Below are positions 29,459 to 39,694 of a stretch of DNA of 64,000 nucleotides, one piece after another. The notes under the pieces are model-generated. The model was not told the DNA's origin and ran no database searches. It saw only the letters and a program-made list of their open reading frames with translations. The position numbers and the translations under genes are program-made. Source of the DNA: a bacterium (GTDB lineage: Bacteria; Patescibacteriota; Patescibacteriia; JBAXGH01); NCBI GenBank assembly GCA_037139515.1, contig JBAXGH010000001.1:16101-80100 (forward strand), read 5' to 3'. Numbering within the stretch: position 1 is the first letter of the stretch; the number at the start of each line of letters is the position of its first letter.

Positions 29459-30331
29459 TTATTTTTTCCCAGCAAAACCAAGCCTCCAGTAATTTCCCGG
29501 CATCCAAATACGCTGTGCGCCAAAGTGAGTTTTGAAAAGTGAATAACCGTTTCCGGGGTCAAAAGGTAGCGAGCGTGGACCGACAGAAACGCCAAAATTA
29601 CAGGCTTTTAGACCCCGCTCACGGGAACGAGTAAACCACCATTCAACAAGACCGAGCATCGGATGCATCCGGCTAGCTTCCGGAATAAAAAAACCGAGAA
29701 GATACAAACTATATTTGGCCTCGTCGCAGTGGATTCCGATAAACCCTGCAATAATCCCCATGGTTTCGTGTTCAGCGAGCATAATATCAACCGCGTCCGG
29801 ATGCGCGATTTGATGCCGCTGAACCTCGGCCATAAAAACATCTTGCATATCCATCGGCACTTGCGAACGGATATAGGCCGGCAACAATTCTTCTAAAGTT
29901 CCGAGGCGTAACTTTATTCCCGGAGTTTTTTTAAAAACCTTCAAATGGCGGCGCGCCTGCTCGCTCCATGATTTTGTAAAATCACCTTCAGTCAGCCATG
30001 AAACTGACTTGTGCCGAGCACCGGTCACACGCGCAAAACCAATACTCTGCTCACGCGTCGGGCTTCTCCCCGGCAACCACTCATCCAACTGAAAAAGCGA
30101 CTTGCTCTTGAGTCTTGGCGGAGGCAGAGCGTCGCGCGTAAAACTTCGATACCAAGTTATGACACGGTTTGAAACCACCTGAATCGTCACCGAACGGTCG
30201 GTGATAAAAAGACTTTTTGGATCAATAAAAGTCGCCGCATACCAAGGCGTCGATTCGTGCGGAATAAACCAGTGATTCGGAAGTAGACTCACATCCTTAA
30301 CCCAGCGCAAGCGTTTCAGCGGGTCATTCAT
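29459..30331 (-). CDS. FemAB-like / GNAT-fold protein
   Basis: WSEQARRHLK, IIAG, NFG...GYSLFKTHFG pattern of the FemABX fold. Confidence 0.65.
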   Translation of the reverse strand: MNDPLKRLRWVKDVSLLPNHWFIPHESTPWYAATFIDPKSLFITDRSVTIQVVSNRVITWYRSFTRDALPPPRLKSKSLFQLDEWLPGRSPTREQSIGFARVTGARHKSVSWLTEGDFTKSWSEQARRHLKVFKKTPGIKLRLGTLEELLPAYIRSQVPMDMQDVFMAEVQRHQIAHPDAVDIMLAEHETMGIIAGFIGIHCDEAKYSLYLLGFFIPEASRMHPMLGLVEWWFTRSRERGLKACNFGVSVGPRSLPFDPGNGYSLFKTHFGAQRIWMPGNYWRLGFAGKK

Positions 30332-30359
30332 AAGTCGTCAACTAACATACATAACAACA

Positions 30360-30447
30360 CGAATCGGCGCGACGGTGTTCCCTGCGCCCTCCTCCGCGCG
30401 TGTAACGCTGCGGTGAATGCTCGGAAACACCAATCGTCGCCGATTCG
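30360..30447 (-). ncRNA. Structured motif family B, copy 1 (downstream of eno)
   Basis: Core ctgcgccctcctccgc...tgcggtgaatgctcg shared with 56352-56443; different closing stem. Confidence 0.5.
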
Positions 30448-30462
30448 TCTACCTTACAACAT

Positions 30463-31722
30463 TTAGCCGCCGACTTCCTCCGCGATTTCCATGAGCCTGT
30501 TATATTTCGCGACCCGTTCGCCGCGCGACATCGAACCGGTCTTGATAAATTCCGCATTCACCGCGACCGCCAAGTCAGCAATGGTCGTATCTGTAGTTTC
30601 GCCTGAACGATGAGAAATCACCACTTTATAGTTGTACTGTTTGGCAAGAAGGATCGTTTCCATGGTTTCGCTAAGCGTACCAATCTGGTTCAACTTAATC
30701 AAAATCGCATTTCCAACACCCAAGCTGATTCCCTTCTGCAAACGCTCGGCTTTCGTGACAAACAAATCATCGCCAACCAGCATCATTTTTTCTCCGTTAG
30801 CTTTGGTCATTTCGACCCAGTTCGTCCAATCATCTTCTGCCAAGCCATCTTCCACCGAAATCAGCGGATATTTTTTCGCCCAGTTCGCAAACATCTCAGT
30901 CATCTGCGACGACTTATATTTCACTTTATCAGTTCGCAAAATATATCGGGCTGATTTTTCATCGTAGAATTCGCTCGCCGCCGCATCAACCGCAATCGCG
31001 ATATCCTTTCCAGGCTTGAACCCGGCTTTCTTGATGGCCGCGACTAACATATCCAAAGCGTGGATAGTTTTTCCGACCATCGGTGCATATCCGCCTTCAT
31101 TTCCAACGCCTGTTGATAACTTCCGAGCCTTCAAAATAGCACCCAAAGCATGAAAAACTTCGGCCGCAATTCGCACGCGTTCAGCCATTTTCTTGGCACC
31201 AACCGGAACCACCATGAATTCCTGAAAATCCAAATCAGTATCGGCGTGGCGGCCACCATTCAAGATATTGACCATCGGCATCGGCATTTTATAGCTTGAA
31301 TAGCTCAAGCCGTACGCCTCGCGCAGATATTTGAAGAGCGGCATCTCTTTGCCTCTTGAAGCCGCACGCGCGACCGCGAGCGAAACTCCCAAAATCGCAT
31401 TCGCGCCCAGTTTTGATTTATTCTTGGTGCCGTCGAGTTTGATCATGGCCGCATCAATCGCTTTTTGATCAAGCGCGTCGTGGCCGAGCAAAGCCGGCAA
31501 AATCTTGTTATTCACGTTCGCGACCGCTTTCTTCACACCCTGACCGCGATATCGCTTAACATCTCCATCGCGAAGCTCGAGAGCCTCATGAACACCCGTT
31601 GACGCCCCAGACGGCACCGAAGCTATACCACGAGCACCGTTATCAAGCACAACGGTCACCGAAACCGTCGGATTTCCGCGTGAATCAAGAATTTCATGAG
31701 CATGGATATTGGCGATTTTCAT
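30463..31722 (-). CDS. eno: Enolase
   Basis: EILDSRGNPT, VPSGASTG, LVGDDLF, LIKLNQIGT, SHRSGET, IKTGS, AKYNRL. Confidence 0.97.
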   Translation of the reverse strand: MKIANIHAHEILDSRGNPTVSVTVVLDNGARGIASVPSGASTGVHEALELRDGDVKRYRGQGVKKAVANVNNKILPALLGHDALDQKAIDAAMIKLDGTKNKSKLGANAILGVSLAVARAASRGKEMPLFKYLREAYGLSYSSYKMPMPMVNILNGGRHADTDLDFQEFMVVPVGAKKMAERVRIAAEVFHALGAILKARKLSTGVGNEGGYAPMVGKTIHALDMLVAAIKKAGFKPGKDIAIAVDAAASEFYDEKSARYILRTDKVKYKSSQMTEMFANWAKKYPLISVEDGLAEDDWTNWVEMTKANGEKMMLVGDDLFVTKAERLQKGISLGVGNAILIKLNQIGTLSETMETILLAKQYNYKVVISHRSGETTDTTIADLAVAVNAEFIKTGSMSRGERVAKYNRLMEIAEEVGG

Positions 31723-31901
31723 AGGGGGTAAAAAATCAAGAAAACAATAAATCAAGAAATCAAAAATACACACAACATGATAACACAAAAGACGCCTAAT
31801 GCTATTAAGCGTCCTCAGTGTTGTGTTTTTTTGATTTATTGATTTCTTGATTTTTTGTCCCGCGTCCTGTCCCTTAGTTTCTTGATTTATTGATTTCTTA
31901 C

Positions 31902-32729
31902 TTACTCTATCTCGTAAGTTAAAGTAACACTCGAAGAAATATCCTGTGTTCCCGGCTGAATCGTCGGAGCCGGAGCTGCCGATGGCGCCGCACCAAGCAT
32001 CATTTTGTCATAATACATCGGGTATGGTGTCGGGTTATAGCCGCCTTCCGAATAGTTTACGACCTTTCCAAGTTTAAATCCGGCCTGTGAAGCCATGGTC
32101 TGTGCCTTGGTCTTTGCTTTCTCAACCGCCAAAGCACGGGCCTGATCGACATATTTATCCGGGAATTCAACGCTAAACTCTAGGTTTCCAACGCGATTCG
32201 CGCCAATAGAACCAGCGGCCTGAAGCACATCTCCAGCTTTGGATAAATCACGAATCTTGATTTCCAAATCCTGACTAACCGTATAGCCCATAAAAACCTG
32301 GGCATTATTGGTCCAATTATATTTTGGCTGAATGCCGTAGCTCGTCGTCTTTAAATCTTTTTCATCAATTCCCAAAGCCTTCAATCGCCCGAGCAAATCA
32401 TTAAACCGCTGAGTATTCACCTTCTGCGATTCTGCGATTTTGAAACCGTCGATACTCAAACCAACCGAAAGCATGGCGATATCTGGAGAAATCGTGACTT
32501 TATCATCCGCGCTCACGGTCAAAGTGTGACGCTCGAGCGGCAGAACGCCAACTTGCTTTTTTTGCGCATTCTTATAGCCGGCATCAACGAACAACCAGCC
32601 CGTCAAAGCCAACCCAACCATAATCATGATGACCATTTTCCCCATGTGGCGACCGCAATGGCCACCGCATCCCTGTACACCGCCTTCTTTTCCGTCAGTA
32701 CCAACACCGCCGCAGCAGTTCATGCCCAT
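31902..32729 (-). CDS. SIMPL (DUF541) domain protein
   Basis: PDIAMLSVG, LKTTSY.I.P.Y, A...AK.KA..MA, IQPG; Cys/Gly-rich N-terminus. Confidence 0.85.
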   Translation of the reverse strand: MGMNCCGGVGTDGKEGGVQGCGGHCGRHMGKMVIMIMVGLALTGWLFVDAGYKNAQKKQVGVLPLERHTLTVSADDKVTISPDIAMLSVGLSIDGFKIAESQKVNTQRFNDLLGRLKALGIDEKDLKTTSYGIQPKYNWTNNAQVFMGYTVSQDLEIKIRDLSKAGDVLQAAGSIGANRVGNLEFSVEFPDKYVDQARALAVEKAKTKAQTMASQAGFKLGKVVNYSEGGYNPTPYPMYYDKMMLGAAPSAAPAPTIQPGTQDISSSVTLTYEIE

Positions 32730-32820
32730 ATAAATTTGGTTAGATATTAAAGCGACTATATTATATGCTCATTAGACTAAAAAATACACCGCGTAGAACG
32801 GTGTATTTCATTAAATATTT

Positions 32821-33987
32821 TTATTTTTCCACAAGCGGAATCAAACCAGGCAGCATCCGACCCGACAAAAACTCGAGCATGGCGCCTCCGCCTGTCGAAA
32901 CATAGCTAAAAGCCTGTTCCATGCCCGACATATGCGCGACTTCCAAAGTTTCGCCGCCGCCAACCACGCTAAACGCACCAAACTGGGTTCGCGCTGCAAC
33001 CGTGCGCGCAAGCATAATCGAACCGTGCGCAAATGACGGGATTTCGTAGATGCCCATAGGGCCGTTCCAGACGATAGTCGAAACCCGATCCAGAATTGCG
33101 CGATATTCGCAAAGCGTAGACAAACCAACATCAACGATGATTTCATCCGACTCAATCGCGGTCGGCGGAACCATGCGCAAAGGCGCTTTATCAGCCAAGC
33201 GCTTCGCAACCACAACGTCAATCGGCAAAACCAAATTCTTATATCGCACGAGTTTCGCGGCGGCCTTAACTTCTTCCGATGCCGCGAGCGACTTTCCGAC
33301 TTCAAACCCACGCGCCTTGAAAAACGCATTCGCCATCGCTCCACCAACCAGAACCAACGAACCCTGCTTCAAGAATCTTTCCAAAACATCAATTTTTGAT
33401 GAAACTTTTGCGCCGCCCATCACAACCACTAAACCGCGCGGGCGCTCTTCCAAAACGTGCATTTGATGCTGAACCTCCTGCGACAAGCCAATTCCGGCGT
33501 ATGAATCCAAGTGTTTCGTGATGCCGAGTACCGAAGCATGTGCACGATGCGAAACCGCAAAAGCGTCATTCACATACAGGTCCCCGAGCGAAGCCAAAGC
33601 TTTTGCAAACTTAGTATCATTTTTTTCTTCGCCTTTTTCAAAACGAAGATTTTCAAGCATCAAAATTTCGCGATTCTTGAGCTTCAAGACCGCAGCCTTG
33701 GCCTTCGGGCCCACAACATCGCCGGCATATTTGATTTTCATGCCGACAAGTTTCGCGAGATGGGAAGCCAGCGTTCGTGTTGAAAGCGAAGGCACGACGC
33801 GACCGTCCGGACGTCCCAAATGCGTCATGAGAACAACCTTAGCGCCGCGATGGACCAGCATGCGAAGCGTCGTCAAAGCTCTTTCCAATTTTGTCTCTGA
33901 TCCTTCCGTCGCGCCATTAAAATCAACCCGCAACAATACGGTTTTTCCGCGCAGTTCACCCGCTCCCGAAATAGAACGAAGTCTCAT
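32821..33987 (-). CDS. pgk: Phosphoglycerate kinase
   Basis: LRVDFN, HLGRP, LENLRF, YVNDAF, GGAKVSSK, WNGPMG, VSTGGGA. Confidence 0.95.
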   Translation of the reverse strand: MRLRSISGAGELRGKTVLLRVDFNGATEGSETKLERALTTLRMLVHRGAKVVLMTHLGRPDGRVVPSLSTRTLASHLAKLVGMKIKYAGDVVGPKAKAAVLKLKNREILMLENLRFEKGEEKNDTKFAKALASLGDLYVNDAFAVSHRAHASVLGITKHLDSYAGIGLSQEVQHQMHVLEERPRGLVVVMGGAKVSSKIDVLERFLKQGSLVLVGGAMANAFFKARGFEVGKSLAASEEVKAAAKLVRYKNLVLPIDVVVAKRLADKAPLRMVPPTAIESDEIIVDVGLSTLCEYRAILDRVSTIVWNGPMGIYEIPSFAHGSIMLARTVAARTQFGAFSVVGGGETLEVAHMSGMEQAFSYVSTGGGAMLEFLSGRMLPGLIPLVEK

Positions 33988-34057
33988 AGTATCATGATTT
34001 GATGCTCTAATTATACCACGACTAAAAAAGCTCCCGCGGTCGGGAGCTTTTTTATTA

Positions 34058-34495
34058 TTAAATCTTGCAAGCCACGAAGCAATCAGAATATTTGGAATCA
34101 ACCTTCAGAATGTGATGAAAGAGCCACGATCCGGCAAAAGCCGCTATTTCCCCGACCAAAATACGCGGATCATCTTCGGCGCGTACGCGTGCCATATACT
34201 CTTTGACATCATGACGAAACTTATTGTGCACCTCAACGTGCGCTGCCACTTCCGGATATTTGCATTTTTCGAAGAGCTCTTCTTCCGTTCGCAAGTGATA
34301 AAAAGCGTAGTCTTCAAGCTCGCTTATGAGCGCGAGAACCGATTTTTTTGACGCCGTCTCGCCCTCAAGTTCATCAAAAACCTTGTTCGCGAGATCGAAG
34401 AAATGGTGGTGCTGTTCATCAATCAGATCAACTCTAACACTGTATTTCTGGCTCCAAACAAATCTTTCATGCATATGACTGCTATTATAACTCAA
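34058..34495 (-). CDS. Bacteriohemerythrin
   Basis: W...YSV....IDEQH, HLRTEE, YP...HVEVH, WLFHHILKVD. Confidence 0.9.
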   Translation of the reverse strand: MSYNSSHMHERFVWSQKYSVRVDLIDEQHHHFFDLANKVFDELEGETASKKSVLALISELEDYAFYHLRTEEELFEKCKYPEVAAHVEVHNKFRHDVKEYMARVRAEDDPRILVGEIAAFAGSWLFHHILKVDSKYSDCFVACKI

Positions 34496-34497
34496 TT

Positions 34498-35799
34498 CTA
34501 TTTTGAATCAGGCTTAAGATATACACTAATACCGTGCCTAAAAACCTGCAAAGCATAGCGCATCGGCAAAATCTTCATAAAATAATCCAGGTCGGCTATT
34601 TTTCGAAGATAGTATGCGATGCGACCGCGAATATGCAGCGACCCGACGGTTGCGACGGCATATTTTCCGCCAAGCGTGACCACCGAAGGCCATCTTGTCG
34701 GTAGCTTATATGAAACCAAAGTTTTATTTTTCAAAAGTCGACAGATATTATCAGCCGCATATTTGCCTTCAAGCATGGCTGATTGCGCCAAATACATAAC
34801 CGGCTTCTTGGTTTCCTCCTGAATCAAAGACGTGGCGTCGCCGAGTGCAAAAACATCGCTCTCGCCTTTCACTAGAAATTCCGATGAAATCACGATGCGC
34901 CCAGATTGATCTAACTCAAAAGGAAGCGTGCCGACAACTTTTGACGGCTTGATGCCGGCAGTCCACAAAACCATATTCGCTTCGATTAATCGCTCGGTTT
35001 TATCAACCGCGTCTTCCGAAGCTGGCCCGACTACGACACCGGATTCATTCACTTCCAGGACCTTATTCTGAACCAAAACTTCAACGCCAAGAGCGCGCAA
35101 TCTTTCCTCGGCCCACCGACGCACCGTCATATCGTTTCCCGAAAGAAGAGTCGCGCCGGAATCGATAATCGTAATCCGCGCGTGACGGTGACGAATTATT
35201 TCCTGTTTACGAAGCTCTTCAAAAAATACGGCGAATTCAGCCGCTACTTCAACTCCGGTCGCACCGCCGCCACAAATCGCAACACTCACAACTTCTTCCG
35301 TACCGCTCAAATGACTGGCGATGAATTTATTCAGGCGCTTTCGAACATTCAAACCATTTTCAATAGTTTTTAGCTTGAACGCATATTCGTTCACGCCTTT
35401 GATTTCAAAATCCTTTGATTCACTCCCGAGTGCCACAACCAAATAATCATAATCGAGCAACTCGCCGTCTTTTAAGAAAACCTGTTTTGATGTTTTATCG
35501 ACACCGGTAATTTCCGCCCGCTTAAAACTCAGATATTTTTTTCCGCTGAGTTTTGAAAAATCATTTAAACTTACACAGACGCTTTCACGCAGCTCATAAA
35601 CGCACCCTTTGGAAGAATCACTAAGACAGCCACTCGCGATTTGATAAAGCAGCGGCGTGTAAAGATGAGCCGGATTTTTGTCGACAAGCACAATTTCGCA
35701 ATCGTCGCCACACTTCTTCGCAAGCTTTAAAGCACAAGCGAGACCGCCAAAACCGGCGCCCAGAATCACAACCCGCGGTTTTTTATTTTCGTTTTTCAT
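34498..35799 (-). CDS. Type II NADH dehydrogenase-like FAD oxidoreductase
   Basis: VVILGAGFGG, YTPLLY, YDYLVVALG, GGGATGVE, VFALGD. Confidence 0.85.
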   Translation of the reverse strand: MKNENKKPRVVILGAGFGGLACALKLAKKCGDDCEIVLVDKNPAHLYTPLLYQIASGCLSDSSKGCVYELRESVCVSLNDFSKLSGKKYLSFKRAEITGVDKTSKQVFLKDGELLDYDYLVVALGSESKDFEIKGVNEYAFKLKTIENGLNVRKRLNKFIASHLSGTEEVVSVAICGGGATGVEVAAEFAVFFEELRKQEIIRHRHARITIIDSGATLLSGNDMTVRRWAEERLRALGVEVLVQNKVLEVNESGVVVGPASEDAVDKTERLIEANMVLWTAGIKPSKVVGTLPFELDQSGRIVISSEFLVKGESDVFALGDATSLIQEETKKPVMYLAQSAMLEGKYAADNICRLLKNKTLVSYKLPTRWPSVVTLGGKYAVATVGSLHIRGRIAYYLRKIADLDYFMKILPMRYALQVFRHGISVYLKPDSK

Positions 35800-35870
35800 G
35801 AAAGGACAGCCGTCATCATGATTAAATGTTGTCACCCCGGGCCCTCATCGTCATCCCAAAGTTTTCTAGT

Positions 35871-35894
35871 TGTCATCCCGAAGCCGAGGGATCT
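35871..35894. repeat. REP-like palindrome
   Basis: tgtcatcccgaagccgagggatct; identical to 42506-42529 and to the reverse complement of 39917-39940. Confidence 0.85.
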
Positions 35895-35902
35895 AGTAAT
35901 GT

Positions 35903-36910
35903 TTATTTAAGCTTTTTTGCAAATTCAAGAGCCATATCGGCGAGCCGGCAAGAATATCCCCACTCGTTATCATACCAAGCCACAACTTTCACAAAATCCC
36001 CACCAACAACCTTAGTCAAACCTAAATCAACGATAGAAGATGCCGGATTTTTTATAAAATCAGAAGAAACGAGCGGCTCTTCGGTGACTTCCAAAATCCC
36101 ATTCCAACGCGAAGTCTTGCTCATCGATTTAAACAAATCGTTGATTTCTTTTTCAGTCGTATGCTTTCGAAGCAAGAAGGTAAAATCCGCGAGCGAAACC
36201 ACACTCGTGGGCACACGAATCGAAAGCCCGTCAAACAAGTCTTTTAATTCTGGAATCGCCTCCGATACCGCAATCGCCGCACCGGTTGAAGTCGGCACCA
36301 TATTCGCGGCCGCTGCACGCGCTCGACGTAAATCCTTATGCGGACCGTCCTGCAAGTTTTGATCAGCGGTATATGAATGAATCGTCGTCATCAAAGCGCG
36401 TTTCACCCCGAAATGCTCGTGCATGATGGCGGCGACCGGCGCGATGCAGTTCGTCGTACAAGAGGCATTGTTTATCACCTTGTACTGCTTGCCGAGCTTC
36501 GAGTGATTCACACCCAAAACGTAGGTCGGCACAACGCCACCCTTAGCCGGCGCGCTGATTATAACGCCCTTCGCACCAGCCGTGATGTGCTGCGAGGCGC
36601 CTTCTTCGGAAGTAAATCGCCCGGTACATTCCAAAACGATATCGATTTTTTCCGCTTTCCAAGGCAATTTCGTCGGCTCTTTTTCGGCGTAAACCCGAAT
36701 TTTCTTGCCGCCGACAATCAAAGAATCCTTCGTGGCTTCAACTTTCTGATCATAAGCGCCGTAATTCGTATCATGACGCAATAAATGCGCAAGCGTCGCC
36801 GGATCAGTCAAATCGTTAACCGCGACAACCTCAAATCCCTTTTTCAAAAAACCAGCTTTCAAAACGTTGCGCCCGATGCGCCCAAACCCGTTGATGGCAA
36901 TTCGTGGCAT
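35903..36910 (-). CDS. gap: Glyceraldehyde-3-phosphate dehydrogenase
   Basis: INGFGRIGR, NASCTTNC, WYDNEWGY. Confidence 0.97.
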   Translation of the reverse strand: MPRIAINGFGRIGRNVLKAGFLKKGFEVVAVNDLTDPATLAHLLRHDTNYGAYDQKVEATKDSLIVGGKKIRVYAEKEPTKLPWKAEKIDIVLECTGRFTSEEGASQHITAGAKGVIISAPAKGGVVPTYVLGVNHSKLGKQYKVINNASCTTNCIAPVAAIMHEHFGVKRALMTTIHSYTADQNLQDGPHKDLRRARAAAANMVPTSTGAAIAVSEAIPELKDLFDGLSIRVPTSVVSLADFTFLLRKHTTEKEINDLFKSMSKTSRWNGILEVTEEPLVSSDFIKNPASSIVDLGLTKVVGGDFVKVVAWYDNEWGYSCRLADMALEFAKKLK

Positions 36911-37033
36911 AAATTCAATAAATCAAAAAATCAATAAAACAAGAAATCAAAAGACATTATACCATTTTCAAAAACAAAAACCGCGGCAGATACCGTGGTT
37001 TTTGTTTTTGTTCGTGTGAGGTTCGGGTATGCG

Positions 37034-37102
37034 ATATTTTGGCCGAAGTGTGCGACGAGCAATCAGCCGTACCTTTGCTCGTCGCAGCACTCGGCAAAAT
37101 AT
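37034..37102 (-). repeat. 3'-UTR hairpin family A, copy 3
   Basis: Loop tcagccgtacct (37063-37074) with a different stem sequence. Confidence 0.85.
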
Positions 37103-37118
37103 TGTCGTATCCACCGAG

Positions 37119-37712
37119 TTATTTCTTAATCATGTATCTCGTAAACCGCGAGACTTCGATTTTCTCTCCAATCTTTGCCGAAGCTTCCGCAATCATCTCC
37201 CCGACTTTCTTCGCATCATCTTTTACGAAAACCTGTTCGAGAAGACAAATATCGGAGAAATATTTATCGAGCTTGCCGGTCAAAATCTTTTCGATAACGT
37301 CAGCCGGTTTGTTCTGAGCCTTAAGTTCGTCGATATGAAAATCTTTTTCCTTTTCGACGACTTCGGTCGGAACATCTTCGCGCCTCACGTAAAGCGGATC
37401 AGTCGCAGCAATATGAAGAGCGATATCGTGAGCGAGTTCCTGGAAAGCTTCATTTCGTGCCACGAAATCGGTTTCGCAGTTCACCTCAACCATGACGCCG
37501 ACCTTGCCGGTTCCATGCGTGTAGCAAGCGATGAGTCCCTCTTTCGCCGTGCGTTCCGAAGCTTTCTTAGCAGCTTTCAATAAGCCCTTCTTGCGCAAGA
37601 TATCCATGGCCTTTTCCTTATCGCCACCGGCTTCTTCCAAAGCACGCTTAGCATCCATCATGCCAGCACCTGACGATTCACGAAACTCCGCAACCATCTT
37701 TGCGTCGATCAT
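37119..37712 (-). CDS. tsf: Elongation factor Ts (short form)
   Basis: [22 protein letters not shown]. Confidence 0.95.
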   Translation of the reverse strand: MIDAKMVAEFRESSGAGMMDAKRALEEAGGDKEKAMDILRKKGLLKAAKKASERTAKEGLIACYTHGTGKVGVMVEVNCETDFVARNEAFQELAHDIALHIAATDPLYVRREDVPTEVVEKEKDFHIDELKAQNKPADVIEKILTGKLDKYFSDICLLEQVFVKDDAKKVGEMIAEASAKIGEKIEVSRFTRYMIKK

Positions 37713-37804
37713 AATGTCGTGTAGCGTGTAACGCGTAACGTGTAACGACAACGTTGAAAGAGTTGACGATGCACGATACAGGTTACACGATACAAGTTTT
37801 AATT

Positions 37805-38614
37805 TTATTTCTTTCCCGCAACTGCCGCGACCGGAGCCATGACCGGAGCCGGAGCTGAAGCCTTCGCAGCAACTGCCGCCGCCGCTGATTTTTCCGCCGC
37901 AAGTTTCGCGGAGGCCTTTATTTTATCACCTTCAACACGACCCTCGCTCGCCGCTTCGGCAATCAGGTTCGCAATAAGCGTGATTGACTTCACTGCATCG
38001 TCGTTTGCCGGGATGCAATACTGAATACCAACCGGGCTCACGTTTGTATCGCACATGGCGACAATCGTGGTATCAGAAACCTTGGCTTCATCAACTGCGG
38101 TCTTTTCATGGCGGGTATCAACCACAAACATGATTTCCGGCTTCTTTTCCAAATCCTGGATACCACCAATCTTGTGTTCGAGCTCTTCGATTTCACGGGC
38201 GAATTCGAGCTGTTCGAACTTGGTGTACTTTTTCAAAGCACCAGTTTCGTGCTGGAACTTCAAATCCTTCAAGCGGCGAAGAACGCGCTTGATCTGGACG
38301 AAATTCGTGAGCGTACCGCCGAGCCAACGGTTCGTGATGTACGGCATCTGGCAGGACTTAGCGGCGGCCTCGACAATCGGAGCGGCCTGGCGCTTGGTAC
38401 CGACAAACAAAACCACACCGCCGCGGGCCACAACGCCTTTCACGTATTCAAGAGTCTTCTCAAGGATGCGCGATGTCTTTTCGACGTCGATGATATGCAC
38501 ACCGTTTCGCGAACCAAAAATATACTGCTTCATCTTTGGGTGCCAACGGCCGGACTGATGGCCGAAGTGAACACCGCTCTCGAGCATCTCAACCAACGAA
38601 GGGAGCTTGGACAT
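37805..38614 (-). CDS. rpsB: 30S ribosomal protein S2
   Basis: [27 protein letters not shown]. Confidence 0.97.
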   Translation of the reverse strand: MSKLPSLVEMLESGVHFGHQSGRWHPKMKQYIFGSRNGVHIIDVEKTSRILEKTLEYVKGVVARGGVVLFVGTKRQAAPIVEAAAKSCQMPYITNRWLGGTLTNFVQIKRVLRRLKDLKFQHETGALKKYTKFEQLEFAREIEELEHKIGGIQDLEKKPEIMFVVDTRHEKTAVDEAKVSDTTIVAMCDTNVSPVGIQYCIPANDDAVKSITLIANLIAEAASEGRVEGDKIKASAKLAAEKSAAAAVAAKASAPAPVMAPVAAVAGKK

Positions 38615-38863
38615 AACTATATATTTGCCCTTTATTTTGGCGTTAAGTGTTGGATTTAGTAGCGATGTCGCCCTACGGCCTGTGGCCTATGGCCTAACCC
38701 CTATCTACCCCCAACACATCCGCCAACCGCCGCTTTTATCATCTGAACATCTGCGACACCGAAGTATCGAGGGCGATATTCATCAAAAAGCGTGAGAAAT
38801 AAAATGCCTTTTTCAAGGTGGTAGCGAGTGTACATTAAGCCGATAAACCACGCAAATCCACAA

Positions 38864-38906
38864 ATCTACCTGTCCCCTGGTGACAGTCACCTGGGGACAG
38901 GTAGAT
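38864..38906. repeat. Near-perfect 43-bp palindrome
   Basis: atctacctgtcccc-tggtgac-a-gtcacct-ggggacaggtagat, just upstream of the M23 gene promoter. Confidence 0.8.
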
Positions 38907-38976
38907 CTGGCACAGAACGTTGACACAATCACTAAAACGTGATAGAAATCCTTCGTAATACGAAAGGAGGACCGTC

Positions 38977-39660
38977 TTGTTCATTCAAACATTGGCTGCT
39001 TTGATGCTCGCGGCGCCTCCGGCTACTCCGGAAACCGCAAAACTCAAACTCGCCCCGGAATGCTTCGCTTGGTCACCACGCGAAAACTGCGATCCGAAAC
39101 ATTCCCTGATCTTCCCAGTCCTTTTCAGAAGCCGGCTCAAAGACTACGAACTGATGCAGTTTGTCGGCAGCCGCTACGGCAAGCGCTGCAACCCGGTCGA
39201 GAGCAAACCCGGCAAGTGCCTCGACGATTTTCACATGGGTCTCGACATCAAAGTTCCACGCGGTACCCCGGTGGCTTCGGTTCGAGGCAATGGTCGCGTA
39301 ATCGAAATCACGCCAATCAATTACTGCCTCCTCATCGAGTACGCCTGGGAAGAGCCGCTCGCGAAGATGACCCAGCGCGCCAAGTATTGCCACCTTGATA
39401 AGATCTATCCGAAGGTTGGCGATCGCATCGAAAAAGCCGGCACCGCGATTGGCGAAGTTGGCGACCGCGGTCACGCAAAGGGCGTTCACCTGCATTTCGA
39501 GCTCAGCGTCCCGCGTGGTCAACCGGTCAGCGAATGGGAAGAAGAAACCTGCGTACCGGATGTGCCGGCGAAAATCCTGGCTATTCCGTATAAAGAAGTT
39601 CGTTTCCCAACTATCGACCCGAGCTGCTACAGCTATCGGGTCGGATATCGCAACCAATAG
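38977..39660 (+). CDS. Secreted M23-family metallopeptidase
   Basis: HMGLD (HxxxD), YCHL, HLHFE (HxH); own promoter, GGAGG SD and terminator. Confidence 0.85.
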   Translation: MFIQTLAALMLAAPPATPETAKLKLAPECFAWSPRENCDPKHSLIFPVLFRSRLKDYELMQFVGSRYGKRCNPVESKPGKCLDDFHMGLDIKVPRGTPVASVRGNGRVIEITPINYCLLIEYAWEEPLAKMTQRAKYCHLDKIYPKVGDRIEKAGTAIGEVGDRGHAKGVHLHFELSVPRGQPVSEWEEETCVPDVPAKILAIPYKEVRFPTIDPSCYSYRVGYRNQ

Positions 39661-39694
39661 CAGAACCGCCTCCACGGAGCGCGGTTCTTTTTAT

